Below, one piece after another: positions 1-6,899 of a DNA stretch of 26,762 nucleotides. The position numbers and the translations under genes are program-made. Numbering within the stretch: the first letter of the stretch is position 1; each line of letters begins with the position of its first letter. Origin of the DNA: Patescibacteria group bacterium (GTDB lineage Bacteria; Patescibacteriota; Minisyncoccia; Phycocordibacterales; Zambryskibacteraceae); assembly GCA_038058745.1 (NCBI GenBank), contig JBBUAI010000013.1:1-26762 (forward strand), in the 5' to 3' direction. The notes under the pieces were generated by a model. The model was not told the origin of the DNA. It saw only the letters and a program-made list of their open reading frames with translations, and did not search any database.

Positions 1-83
1 AAGCCGAAGTAAGTGGCAGTGATAATGCTTTTATCAAATTCATTCAAAGCCCACTTCAGCTTGATTTGAACTTTTTCCATCAT
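1..83 (-). CDS. N-terminal fragment of an unknown protein; the gene runs off the window start
   Basis: On the minus strand ATGATGG (83..77) starts an open frame to position 1 (MMEKVQIKLKWALNEFDKSIITATYFG...). The ATG overlaps the lepB stop (ATGA overlap), suggesting translational coupling. Too short to identify. Confidence 0.3.
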   Translation of the reverse strand, partial: MMEKVQIKLKWALNEFDKSIITATYFG

Positions 84-652
84 TGATTTTCGCTTGAGGA
101 CACCTCATCATTCCCCGAGTCATCGCCGGGAAAGAACGCCGGCGGGAAGAAGCGGATGATAGGCCGGCCGATAATATTTTGCTCCGGCACCGGGCCCCAG
201 ACGCGGGAATCGGAACTCGCTATGCGGTTGTCTCCCATGACGAAGTATTCTCCCTGGCCCAGGGTGTAATTAAGAGATTCTTTTTTCTCCAACTTGACAT
301 AGGGCTCGTCAAGGCGGATTCCCTCCGGGTTTAGGGCATTGACTATTGTCACCTCGCCATCCTTCACGGAAATGATTTCAGTCGGCAGGCCGATAACTCT
401 TTTAATGTAATACTTCTTTGGATTGAGCGGATATTTGAAAATAAGGACCGAGCCGCGTTCCGGCGCCTTGAAGTGATAAGTGACCTCATCCACTATGAGG
501 TACTGCCCGTTCCTGAAGGTCGGGTCCATGGAGGCGCCGTCGACTATGAACGGCTGTGCCACGTAGAGGCGGAAGGGGATGACGATGATGAGGGCGAGAA
601 AAAGGAGTTTGCCCAATTCTTTCCAAAAGTTCGAAGTTTTTTTCTCCTCCAT
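80..652 (-). CDS. lepB: Signal peptidase I (LepB family, S26)
   Basis: 190-aa ORF with N-terminal TM anchor, the catalytic Ser box 'GASMDPTF', and a 'GDNR..S.DSR' box characteristic of S26 signal peptidases. Confidence 0.9.
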   Translation of the reverse strand: MEEKKTSNFWKELGKLLFLALIIVIPFRLYVAQPFIVDGASMDPTFRNGQYLIVDEVTYHFKAPERGSVLIFKYPLNPKKYYIKRVIGLPTEIISVKDGEVTIVNALNPEGIRLDEPYVKLEKKESLNYTLGQGEYFVMGDNRIASSDSRVWGPVPEQNIIGRPIIRFFPPAFFPGDDSGNDEVSSSENQ

Positions 653-696
653 TTGCAGAGATTGTATTATCTAATCTTATTTGACACAATAGCTTT

Positions 697-1203
697 ATGT
701 ATATCGCCGTGGGTCTTGGTAATCCGGGAGAGGAATACGCGAAGACGCGTCACAACAGTGGACGCATGGCGGCCGAAGAAGTTGTTAAGTTAGAAGTTGA
801 TAAGGTAAAAGTTTTGGTTCCTGACACTTTTATGAACAAGTCCGGCCCCTTCGTCGCTAAAGCTATGAAGGGCAAGAGCGCTAAAAATTTGATTGTGCTC
901 TACGATGACCTCGATTTGCCTCTCGGCACCATGAAAATCTCTTACAACCGCGGCTCGGGCGGGCATAAGGGCTTGGAATCTGTAATCCGGGCTTTAAAAA
1001 CCAAAGAATTTATAAGAATCCGCATCGGCATCTCACCGAAGAAGAAGCCGTCTGGTGAAGCCGCGGTCGAAAAACACATTTTAAGCGATTTCAAGCTGGC
1101 CGAAATGAAAATCATCAAAAAAGTTTTTAAACGCGCCGCCGAAGCCGTCGAAACCATCGTCTCCCGCGGCCTCGCTCCCGCGATGACGGAGTTTAATAAA
1201 TAA
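697..1203 (+). CDS. pth: Peptidyl-tRNA hydrolase
   Basis: N-terminal 'VGLGNPGEEYAKTRHNSG' matches the Pth signature (GLGNPG..Y..TRHN.G). Length 168 aa. Confidence 0.9.
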   Translation: MYIAVGLGNPGEEYAKTRHNSGRMAAEEVVKLEVDKVKVLVPDTFMNKSGPFVAKAMKGKSAKNLIVLYDDLDLPLGTMKISYNRGSGGHKGLESVIRALKTKEFIRIRIGISPKKKPSGEAAVEKHILSDFKLAEMKIIKKVFKRAAEAVETIVSRGLAPAMTEFNK

Positions 1204-1433
1204 TGGAATCAAAAAAATACAGAATGAGAGTTGTTCGGGGAGCATTTATGGACCCAAAGGTTTTGGATGATAAAAACGAAATTACTATTGCTTTCGGTGC
1301 TGACGATGGCGAAGGAGGAAGAATTTTCCAATTCAGAAGAGACGACAAGCAAATAGCTGGCGAAGCAATCAAATACGGAATCAATAAAGGCATTCCACCC
1401 GAAGAGATGGATTTTTTGGAGGTAAAATTGTAA
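1203..1433 (+). CDS. Hypothetical 76-aa protein, translationally coupled between pth and the tlyA-like gene
   Basis: Its start overlaps the pth stop (TAATG) and its stop sits 2 nt before the next ATG. No recognisable motif (MESKKYRMRVVRGAFMDPK...). Not an S4 or L25/Ctc-like sequence. Confidence 0.45.
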   Translation: MESKKYRMRVVRGAFMDPKVLDDKNEITIAFGADDGEGGRIFQFRRDDKQIAGEAIKYGINKGIPPEEMDFLEVKL

Positions 1434-1435
1434 AC

Positions 1436-1987
1436 ATGGCCTATGTTTCCAGAGCGGGAGAGAAGTTGGAGCATGCGCTGAAGACATTTGATGTCGCGGT
1501 AAAAGGACTTACTTGCGCGGACTTCGGCGCGAGCACAGGAGGATTCACGGACTGTCTTTTGCAGAACGGCGCGGAGAAAGTTTATGCGGTCGAGACCGGC
1601 TATGGAGTAGTTGATTACAAACTTCGCACCAATCCGCGCGTCGTGGTGATGGAGCGGCAGAATGCCATGCACGTTGAACTTCCGGAGAAAGCGGATTTTA
1701 TCTCCGTTGACACCAGTTGGACTAAATTAGAAAAAGTTTTGCCGAACGCTCTTAAGAATCTGAAAGACGGCGGAAAGATTATCGCTCTGGTCAAGCCACA
1801 TTACGAAGCCGAGCAAAGAATGCTCCGCAAAGGCAGATTGGCCGAAGAATTCATTCCCGAAGTGCTCGAATCGGTAAAGGAGAAAATCAAAAGCATGGGA
1901 TTACAAATCCTTAATGAAACGGAGTCACCAATCCTCGGTGAGAAAGGGAAGAATAAAGAATTCTTACTATATTTAAAACAAGAGTAG
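1436..1987 (+). CDS. tlyA: TlyA-family (FtsJ-like) rRNA 2'-O-ribose methyltransferase, lacking the usual N-terminal S4 domain
   Basis: 'VSRAGEKLEHAL...DFGASTGGFTDCLLQNGAEKVYAVETGYG...NPRVVVMERQNA' aligns with the TlyA catalytic domain (SAM-binding D.GASTGGFT). The protein is only 183 aa and begins directly at the MTase domain. Confidence 0.75.
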   Translation: MAYVSRAGEKLEHALKTFDVAVKGLTCADFGASTGGFTDCLLQNGAEKVYAVETGYGVVDYKLRTNPRVVVMERQNAMHVELPEKADFISVDTSWTKLEKVLPNALKNLKDGGKIIALVKPHYEAEQRMLRKGRLAEEFIPEVLESVKEKIKSMGLQILNETESPILGEKGKNKEFLLYLKQE

Positions 1988-2037
1988 AAGATTGCCACCA
2001 TACGTTAAGATTTCCCTGTGGTGAAAAGATAACGTAT

Positions 2038-2071
2038 ACATCTAACTCTAGCTATAGCAGAAGATAGATGT
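2038..2071. repeat. Palindromic element copy D: ACATCTA-N6-GCTATAGC-N6-TAGATGT
   Basis: 7-bp inverted arms (acatcta / tagatgt) placed symmetrically around the palindromic core gctatagc. Same core and geometry as the copies at 3401, 24217 and 24842. Lies in the convergent tlyA/rpsA intergenic region. Confidence 0.4.
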
Positions 2072-2073
2072 AA

Positions 2074-2103
2074 GCAAAAACTCCGCACTTACGAAGTTTT
2101 TGC
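2074..2103. terminator. AT-rich hairpin (12-bp stem, 1 mismatch, 6-nt loop) between convergent tlyA and rpsA; weak bidirectional terminator candidate
   Basis: gcaaaaactccg-cactta-cgaagtttttgc. A/T runs lie inside the stem, so it is weak as an intrinsic terminator. A second AT-rich 9-bp inverted repeat (agaaataga...tctatttct, 2122..2155) overlaps the rpsA stop. Confidence 0.3.
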
Positions 2104-2147
2104 TTTAGGTCAGTTAGAACTAGAAATAGAAATTAGAATAATTTTCT

Positions 2148-3269
2148 CTATTTCTTTTCTACAAACGAGAAAGCCATTTTCTGCTCCTTCGGGTCGAACA
2201 AAGTGATTTTGAAGGTGTAGGTCTTGCCCATCTCGAGCTTCTCGCGCAATTTTTCTTCCGAGCCGAACTCCGAGATGTGGATAAGACCAGCGACGCCTTC
2301 TTCTATCGAGGCGAGCGCGCCGTGCTTGTTGTATTTGATGATAACGCCTTCGACCACATCATCTTTCTTGTAAATCTTCGAGGCTTCTTTCCACGGATTC
2401 TCCTTGAGCGCCTTGATAGAGAGGGAAATCTTGTCATCCTTGATTTCTATAACCTTCACTCTGACCTTCTCACCGATTTTAAACATAGTTTTCGGATTCT
2501 CTACCAAGCCCCAGTCGATTTCCGAGATATGCACCAAGCCCTCGAGGCCTTCCTCGAGCTTGACGAAGACGCCGAAGTCCACGAGCCCCGTCACTTCGCC
2601 CATAAGTTCATCGCCGAGCGAATATTTGGAGACGATATTTTCCTTATCTTTAGTTTCAGGAGATTTTTCTGAGAAGATTAATTTCCCTTCTTTGGGATTT
2701 ACGCCGATGATAGTGACCGAGAGCTTCTCACCGATGAGCTTCTTAAGCTCATCGAGGATTTTATCTTTATCTCCATCGGAGATGCGCGGGTAGTGCTCCG
2801 GCTTCAGCTGCGATGCCGGGAGGAATCCGATAATGCCCTGCCAGTTGATGATGAGACCGCCCTTATTAGCATCCGTTATTGGGAGCTCGAATATACGCTT
2901 CTCGCGGATAGCATCTTCGGCTTCGTTCCAGATGATGGCCTGACGCGCTTCCTTGAGAGAAATTTCGAAATATCCTTCAGCGCCACCCACGCCCACGACC
3001 TTGCCGGCGACGATATCACCGACGTTAATCTTCTTGATAATGTCGCGGGCGTTGATGAACTCGCGCCCGTAGATGATGCCCGTGCCGAAAGGTGGCAGGT
3101 CGATGTAGACCGCGCCCTTATCAATGGAGATAACCGGCCCTTCCATCAAGTCGTCGACCGCCGGCGGAGCAGGGATTTTGTCTAGGAAACTTGATGCAGG
3201 AGCTTCAGCAGGAAATATTGCCTCGCTTTTAACTTCTTCTATCTTTTTCTTGCGTGTAAATAATGCCAT
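2148..3269 (-). CDS. rpsA: 30S ribosomal protein S1 (short, 373 aa, multi-S1-domain)
   Basis: Repeated S1 (OB-fold) domain signatures, e.g. 'GEVTGLVDFGVFVKLEEGLEGLVHISEI' and 'VEGVIIKYNKHGALASIEEGVAGLIHISEF', and the 'KVRVKVIEIKDDKISLSIK' pattern. Confidence 0.9.
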   Translation of the reverse strand: MALFTRKKKIEEVKSEAIFPAEAPASSFLDKIPAPPAVDDLMEGPVISIDKGAVYIDLPPFGTGIIYGREFINARDIIKKINVGDIVAGKVVGVGGAEGYFEISLKEARQAIIWNEAEDAIREKRIFELPITDANKGGLIINWQGIIGFLPASQLKPEHYPRISDGDKDKILDELKKLIGEKLSVTIIGVNPKEGKLIFSEKSPETKDKENIVSKYSLGDELMGEVTGLVDFGVFVKLEEGLEGLVHISEIDWGLVENPKTMFKIGEKVRVKVIEIKDDKISLSIKALKENPWKEASKIYKKDDVVEGVIIKYNKHGALASIEEGVAGLIHISEFGSEEKLREKLEMGKTYTFKITLFDPKEQKMAFSFVEKK

Positions 3270-3372
3270 ATGATCCGCCAGCTGACGGATGCCGCTTCCG
3301 GTCCGACTGCTTCATCTGTGTTTGCCAGAGCAGCCGGGATAACAGAAACGGTTGCTAATAAATAACTACGCT

Positions 3373-3400
3373 ACTATATCAGAATCTCTAAAAAATTCAA
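3373..3400 (-). promoter_or_regulatory. Candidate sigma70-type promoter for rpsA (TTGAAT-16-TATAGT on the minus strand)
   Basis: Reverse complement reads TTGAAT tttttagagattctga TATAGT. The -35 abuts palindromic element copy A. It would give a ~95-nt 5'UTR. Confidence 0.35.
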
Positions 3401-3438
3401 CTACATAATAAGAATCCTATAGGACCACTATTATGTAG
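3401..3438. repeat. Palindromic element copy A: CTACATAATA-N18-TATTATGTAG with central CCTATAGG
   Basis: Perfect 10-bp inverted arms with palindromic centre cctatagg. The reverse complement matches copy C in 13 consecutive nt (ctactacataata), the CTATAG core and TTATTATGT. Confidence 0.55.
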
Positions 3439-3583
3439 TAGTTAAATAATTAAATAATGAAAAGGGCGGGACCATCACGGTCCCGCCCTGGTTGATCTCG
3501 GTTCCGCCGATCACGGTTGCGCGCACGTTGGTCCGAGCGAATTCCAGAACTTCCGAGAAGACCGCCAACTTGTCAGTCCGCAT
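3431..3583 (-). CDS. Possible 50-codon small ORF (MRTDKLAVFSEVLEFARTNVRATVIGGTEINQGGTVMVPPFSLFNYLTTT) inside an orphan promoter-to-terminator unit
   Basis: AGGAGG sits 8 nt upstream of the ATG (3583). It is below the ORF-track length cutoff. The terminator hairpin lies inside its 3' coding part, so it may instead be a small RNA. Confidence 0.3.
   Translation of the reverse strand: MRTDKLAVFSEVLEFARTNVRATVIGGTEINQGGTVMVPPFSLFNYLTTT
3452..3488 (-). terminator. Rho-independent terminator on the minus strand
   Basis: Minus strand reads GGGCGGGACC-GTGAT-GGTCCCGCCC followed by TTTTCATTATTT (10-bp GC-rich perfect stem plus U-run). No U-run follows it on the plus strand. Confidence 0.6.
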
Positions 3584-3603
3584 AATGTAAACCTCCTGTT
3601 ACC

Positions 3604-3632
3604 ATATTATCATATTTAAACTTAAATGTCAA
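3604..3632 (-). promoter_or_regulatory. Strong sigma70-like promoter on the minus strand: TTGACA-17-TAATAT
   Basis: Reverse complement of 3604..3632 is TTGACA tttaagtttaaatatga TAATAT. The predicted TSS is just upstream of the AGGAGG at 3598..3593. Confidence 0.5.
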
Positions 3633-3654
3633 GGATGAAAATAGGGCTCAAATT

Positions 3655-3663
3655 TGGTATAAT
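3655..3663 (+). promoter_or_regulatory. Extended -10 (TGgTATAAT) 6 nt upstream of the ATG at 3670; candidate leaderless promoter
   Basis: tttgGTATAATttagctATG. There is no Shine-Dalgarno sequence between the hexamer and the start codon. Confidence 0.4.
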
Positions 3664-3669
3664 TTAGCT

Positions 3670-4164
3670 ATGATTATCAGCTACCAAGGGGTAGAGAGCT
3701 TCAAGATTTCCCAAGGCGATTTGACGCTTGCGTTGAACCCGCAAGCGAAGGTATCAGCCGATATCACTCTCTTCACCAAAGGCCGAAATGAGACATCAGA
3801 GAAATCTGGTTTTGTTATAGACAGCCCGGGCGAATACGAAATAAAAAATGTTTTCATCAAAGGATTCCTTGATAAGACATATCTTGTGACATTTGAAGGA
3901 ATCAAATTATGCTTTCTTGGTTCAAAGGCGGAGCAGGAAGAAATTGAGGATATCGACATCCTCTTCGTGCGGCCTAACGCTTATAAAGCCGCGGTGGCTC
4001 TGGAGCCGGCTGTAATCATTCCGATGAATTATGATAAAAACACTCTGGCCCAGTTTCTGAAAGAAGCCGGAGAAGACAAAGTTCTACCACTCGACAAATT
4101 CGTGGTAAAGAAGAAGGACCTCGAGGGCATGGAAAGCGAGATAGTTGTTCTGAAAGAGGAATAG
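3670..4164 (+). CDS. Hypothetical protein; N-terminus resembles MBL-fold (UPF0173-like) hydrolases but lacks the HxHxDH metal motif
   Basis: 'MIISYQGVESFKISQGDLTLALNPQ' resembles the 'MKITYLGHS.F.IE.G...L.DP' opening of UPF0173/MBL proteins. No His-rich motif follows. 164 aa. Confidence 0.55.
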   Translation: MIISYQGVESFKISQGDLTLALNPQAKVSADITLFTKGRNETSEKSGFVIDSPGEYEIKNVFIKGFLDKTYLVTFEGIKLCFLGSKAEQEEIEDIDILFVRPNAYKAAVALEPAVIIPMNYDKNTLAQFLKEAGEDKVLPLDKFVVKKKDLEGMESEIVVLKEE

Positions 4165-4188
4165 TTCGACAAGCTCACTATAAATAAC
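4162..4188 (+). repeat. Junction motif copy 1: TAGTTCGA-N4-CTCACTATAAAT (stop-to-start linker, T7-promoter-like core)
   Basis: aTAGTTCGAcaagCTCACTATAAATaacATG. A near-identical copy lies at 8195..8217. Confidence 0.5.
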
Positions 4189-4431
4189 ATGAGAAAGTAC
4201 TTAGCCACGCTTCATAAAAGGCCGCCCCATCATAAAAAGCGTTTCGCGCTCCTTACTTCCGGCGCCTTCACCCTCTTAATCTTTGCCGTCTGGGCCCTGG
4301 TCAATTTTGGCGAAGGCGACGAAACCCCGGCCGCGGCGGAAAAATCTCTTGAAGTTATAAATCCGCTTGAATCCCTAAAAAACAACTTTAGTGATTTGAG
4401 AGATAGCACTCTCGATATTTATGGAAGATAG
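4189..4431 (+). CDS. Small single-TM membrane protein, hypothetical
   Basis: 80 aa with a basic N-terminus, one hydrophobic helix ([14 protein letters not shown]) and an acidic tail. Its 3' end overlaps the gyrA start by 11 nt. Confidence 0.45.
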   Translation: MRKYLATLHKRPPHHKKRFALLTSGAFTLLIFAVWALVNFGEGDETPAAAEKSLEVINPLESLKNNFSDLRDSTLDIYGR

Positions 4432-6853
4432 TAAAGACAGAATAATAGCTCGTCCGATAACGAACGAGATGAAGGAGAGCTTCATCGACTATGCCATGTC
4501 GGTCATCACCGACCGCGCCCTGCCGGACATCCGCGACGGTCTTAAGCCGGTGCACCGCCGCATTCTCTATTCGATGAATGAGAAGGGCCTGACTGCCGGC
4601 GGCAAACCAAGGAAGTCGGCCACGGTGGTGGGAGACGTCATCGGCTCATACCACCCGCATGGCGATGTCGCCGTCTATGAATCGATGGTGGTTATGGCGC
4701 AAGACTTCAAGATGCGTTACCCCTTAATTATTGGACAAGGGAACTGGGGTTCCATAGACGGCGATAGCGCCGCCGCTTACCGCTATACCGAGGCCAAGAT
4801 GAGCCGCCTCGCGAGCGAGATGCTCAAGGATATAGAGAAAGAGACGGTCGACTTCAGGCCTAATTATGATGGGACGAAGACCGAACCAATGGTGCTGCCG
4901 GCCTCGGCGCCGAATCTATTATTGAACGGCACCTTGGGCATTGCCGTCGGCATGGCTACCAACATTCCGCCACACAATCTTACGGAAGTAATCGACGCTA
5001 CTATTCATCTTGCCGATGACAAAGACGTCACCACTGAAGATCTTTTGAAATTCGTGAAGGGTCCGGATTTCCCTACCGGCGGCATCATTTTCAATGAGAA
5101 GGACATTCATCACGCTTATGCCACCGGCCGCGGGCCAGTGGTGGCGAGAGGTGTGGCAGACATAGTTGAAGGCAAGAGCGGGCAGTTCCAAATCATCGTG
5201 AGCGCCATCCCTTACCGCGTCAACAAATCCGACCTTATCGAGAAGATTGCGGACTTGGTGCGGGAGAAGAAGATTGAGGGAGTGAGAGGCCTTCGCGACG
5301 AATCGACCAAGGATATTCGCGTGGTCATCGATTTGAAGCAGGGGAGCCAGCCGCAGAAAATTTTAAATGCTCTCTACAAACATACTCAGCTTGAGGATAC
5401 CTTCCACTTCAACCTTGTAGCGCTCGTCGACGGCGTGCCGCAGACCTTGTCGCTCAAGAGCATGCTCGCGGAGTTTCTGAAGCACAGGAAAGAAGTGGTT
5501 AAGCGCCGCTCGGTCTTCGACCTTGCTCGCGCGGAAGAGCGCGAGCACATCCTCCTCGGCCTCTCGAAAGCGCTTGACCACATCGAGCAGGTTATCAAGA
5601 CCATCCGAGCGTCGAAGACCGTCGACGACGCGCGCAGCGCTCTCATGAAGGAGTTTAAGTTCTCCGAAATTCAGGCCAATGCCATTCTTGAGATGCGCCT
5701 TCAGAAGCTCGCCGGCCTCGAGAGGAAGAAAGTAGAGGACGAGCTCAAGGAAGTGCAAGTGTTCATAAAGGAGATGAAAGATTTGCTGGCGTCGCCAGCA
5801 AAAATTCTAAAGGTGGTCAAAGCTGAACTCGAAGCCATCAAAGAAAAGTACGGCGACGAACGCCGCACCAAGGTCGTCAAAGGCGGAGTAAAAGCGCTTT
5901 CTGTCGAGGATTTGATACCGGACGAAGAGCAGGCGCTCGTGCTCACGGCCGGCGGCTATATCAAACGCACCAATCCGGAAGAATACAAGCGGCAGAAGCG
6001 CGGCGGTATAGGGGTGGTAGACCTCGATACCAAAGAAGAGGATTTCGTCTCCATCTTCTTAACCGCCTCCACTCATTCCGACCTTCTTTTCTTCACCGAC
6101 AAAGGCAAGGCCTATAGACTAAAGATGTACGACATACCCGAGGGCAAGCGCGCAACCCGCGGCAAGTCGGTGGTCAATTTCATCTCGCTCTCCGATGATG
6201 AAAAAGTAACCTCCATTCTTGCCATGCCTAAGGAGCTTAAAAATATCGAGGGCTCGCTAACGCTCATTACCAAGAGCGGCACGGGCAAGCGCGTCTCGGC
6301 CAAGTCCTTCCATGATGTGCGCTCATCCGGCATTATCGCTATCCGGCTCGAGCCGGGAGATAGACTTATCTCCGTCGCGCATAGCGAGAAGGGAGACAAT
6401 ATTTCCATCGTAACGAAAGAAGGCATGTCCATCCGCTTCAAGGAATCGGATATTCGCGAGATGGGCCGGGCGGCCGGTGGCGTGCGGGCCGTAAACCTAG
6501 ATAAAGGAGACGAGGTGGTGGGCTCCCACATTATAAAACCGGCATGGAAGAATGCCTGTCTTCTCGTAATCTCGGCCAACGGCTACGGCAAGCGCACCAA
6601 ACTTTCGGAATACAAGGTGCAGGGCAGGGGCGGTTCCGGCATTCTTACTTCGAAAGTTACCGTAAAGACAGGCAAAGTCATGGCATCGCAAATTGTGACC
6701 GAAGAGGAATCGGAAGTCATCGCCATCTCCAAGAAAAGCCAGGTCGTGCGCGTCGCCTTGGATGAAGTGCCGGTGCTCGGTCGTTCCACGCAAGGCGTAA
6801 GAATAATGAAATTGAGAGAAGGCGATTCACTCGCCTCGGTTATCTGCCTTTAG
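4421..6853 (+). CDS. gyrA: DNA gyrase subunit A
   Basis: '[28 protein letters not shown]', '[16 protein letters not shown]' (QRDR region) and 'GKYHPHGD'-type motifs are present. The C-terminal beta-pinwheel repeats are also present. 810 aa. Confidence 0.95.
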   Translation: MEDSKDRIIARPITNEMKESFIDYAMSVITDRALPDIRDGLKPVHRRILYSMNEKGLTAGGKPRKSATVVGDVIGSYHPHGDVAVYESMVVMAQDFKMRYPLIIGQGNWGSIDGDSAAAYRYTEAKMSRLASEMLKDIEKETVDFRPNYDGTKTEPMVLPASAPNLLLNGTLGIAVGMATNIPPHNLTEVIDATIHLADDKDVTTEDLLKFVKGPDFPTGGIIFNEKDIHHAYATGRGPVVARGVADIVEGKSGQFQIIVSAIPYRVNKSDLIEKIADLVREKKIEGVRGLRDESTKDIRVVIDLKQGSQPQKILNALYKHTQLEDTFHFNLVALVDGVPQTLSLKSMLAEFLKHRKEVVKRRSVFDLARAEEREHILLGLSKALDHIEQVIKTIRASKTVDDARSALMKEFKFSEIQANAILEMRLQKLAGLERKKVEDELKEVQVFIKEMKDLLASPAKILKVVKAELEAIKEKYGDERRTKVVKGGVKALSVEDLIPDEEQALVLTAGGYIKRTNPEEYKRQKRGGIGVVDLDTKEEDFVSIFLTASTHSDLLFFTDKGKAYRLKMYDIPEGKRATRGKSVVNFISLSDDEKVTSILAMPKELKNIEGSLTLITKSGTGKRVSAKSFHDVRSSGIIAIRLEPGDRLISVAHSEKGDNISIVTKEGMSIRFKESDIREMGRAAGGVRAVNLDKGDEVVGSHIIKPAWKNACLLVISANGYGKRTKLSEYKVQGRGGSGILTSKVTVKTGKVMASQIVTEEESEVIAISKKSQVVRVALDEVPVLGRSTQGVRIMKLREGDSLASVICL

Positions 6854-6899
6854 CCCTATTGGGGATTATTCTCGAGTCCGTCTGTTATAGAATTAAAAT

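Noticed and set aside
473-793. ORFs 473..793 (+) and 486..689 (-) from the six-frame track
   Set aside because: They lie inside or antisense to the well-supported lepB gene and span the lepB/pth intergenic region. The products are low-complexity (Asp/Glu run, Pro/Arg/His-rich). These are spurious.
2277-3185. Three plus-strand ORFs (2277..2672, 2404..2793, 2793..3185) and 2876..3124 (-)
   Set aside because: All are antisense or alternative-frame to rpsA, whose S1-domain repeats are unambiguous. Translations are Ser/Pro/Arg-rich junk.
3270-3400. Checked the ~130-nt rpsA upstream region and other intergenic gaps for tRNA or other structured RNA genes
   Set aside because: No GTTCGA-type T-loop, no acceptor-stem symmetry and no cloverleaf-compatible pairing was seen. 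I interpret 3270..3366 as the rpsA 5'UTR. No tRNA or rRNA is called anywhere in the window.
4174-4182. CTCACTATA as a genuine T7-type phage promoter
   Set aside because: Only 9 of 18 consensus positions match and the upstream AT-rich recognition element (TAATACGA) is absent. It is kept only as a repeated junction motif. It is not called as a phage promoter.
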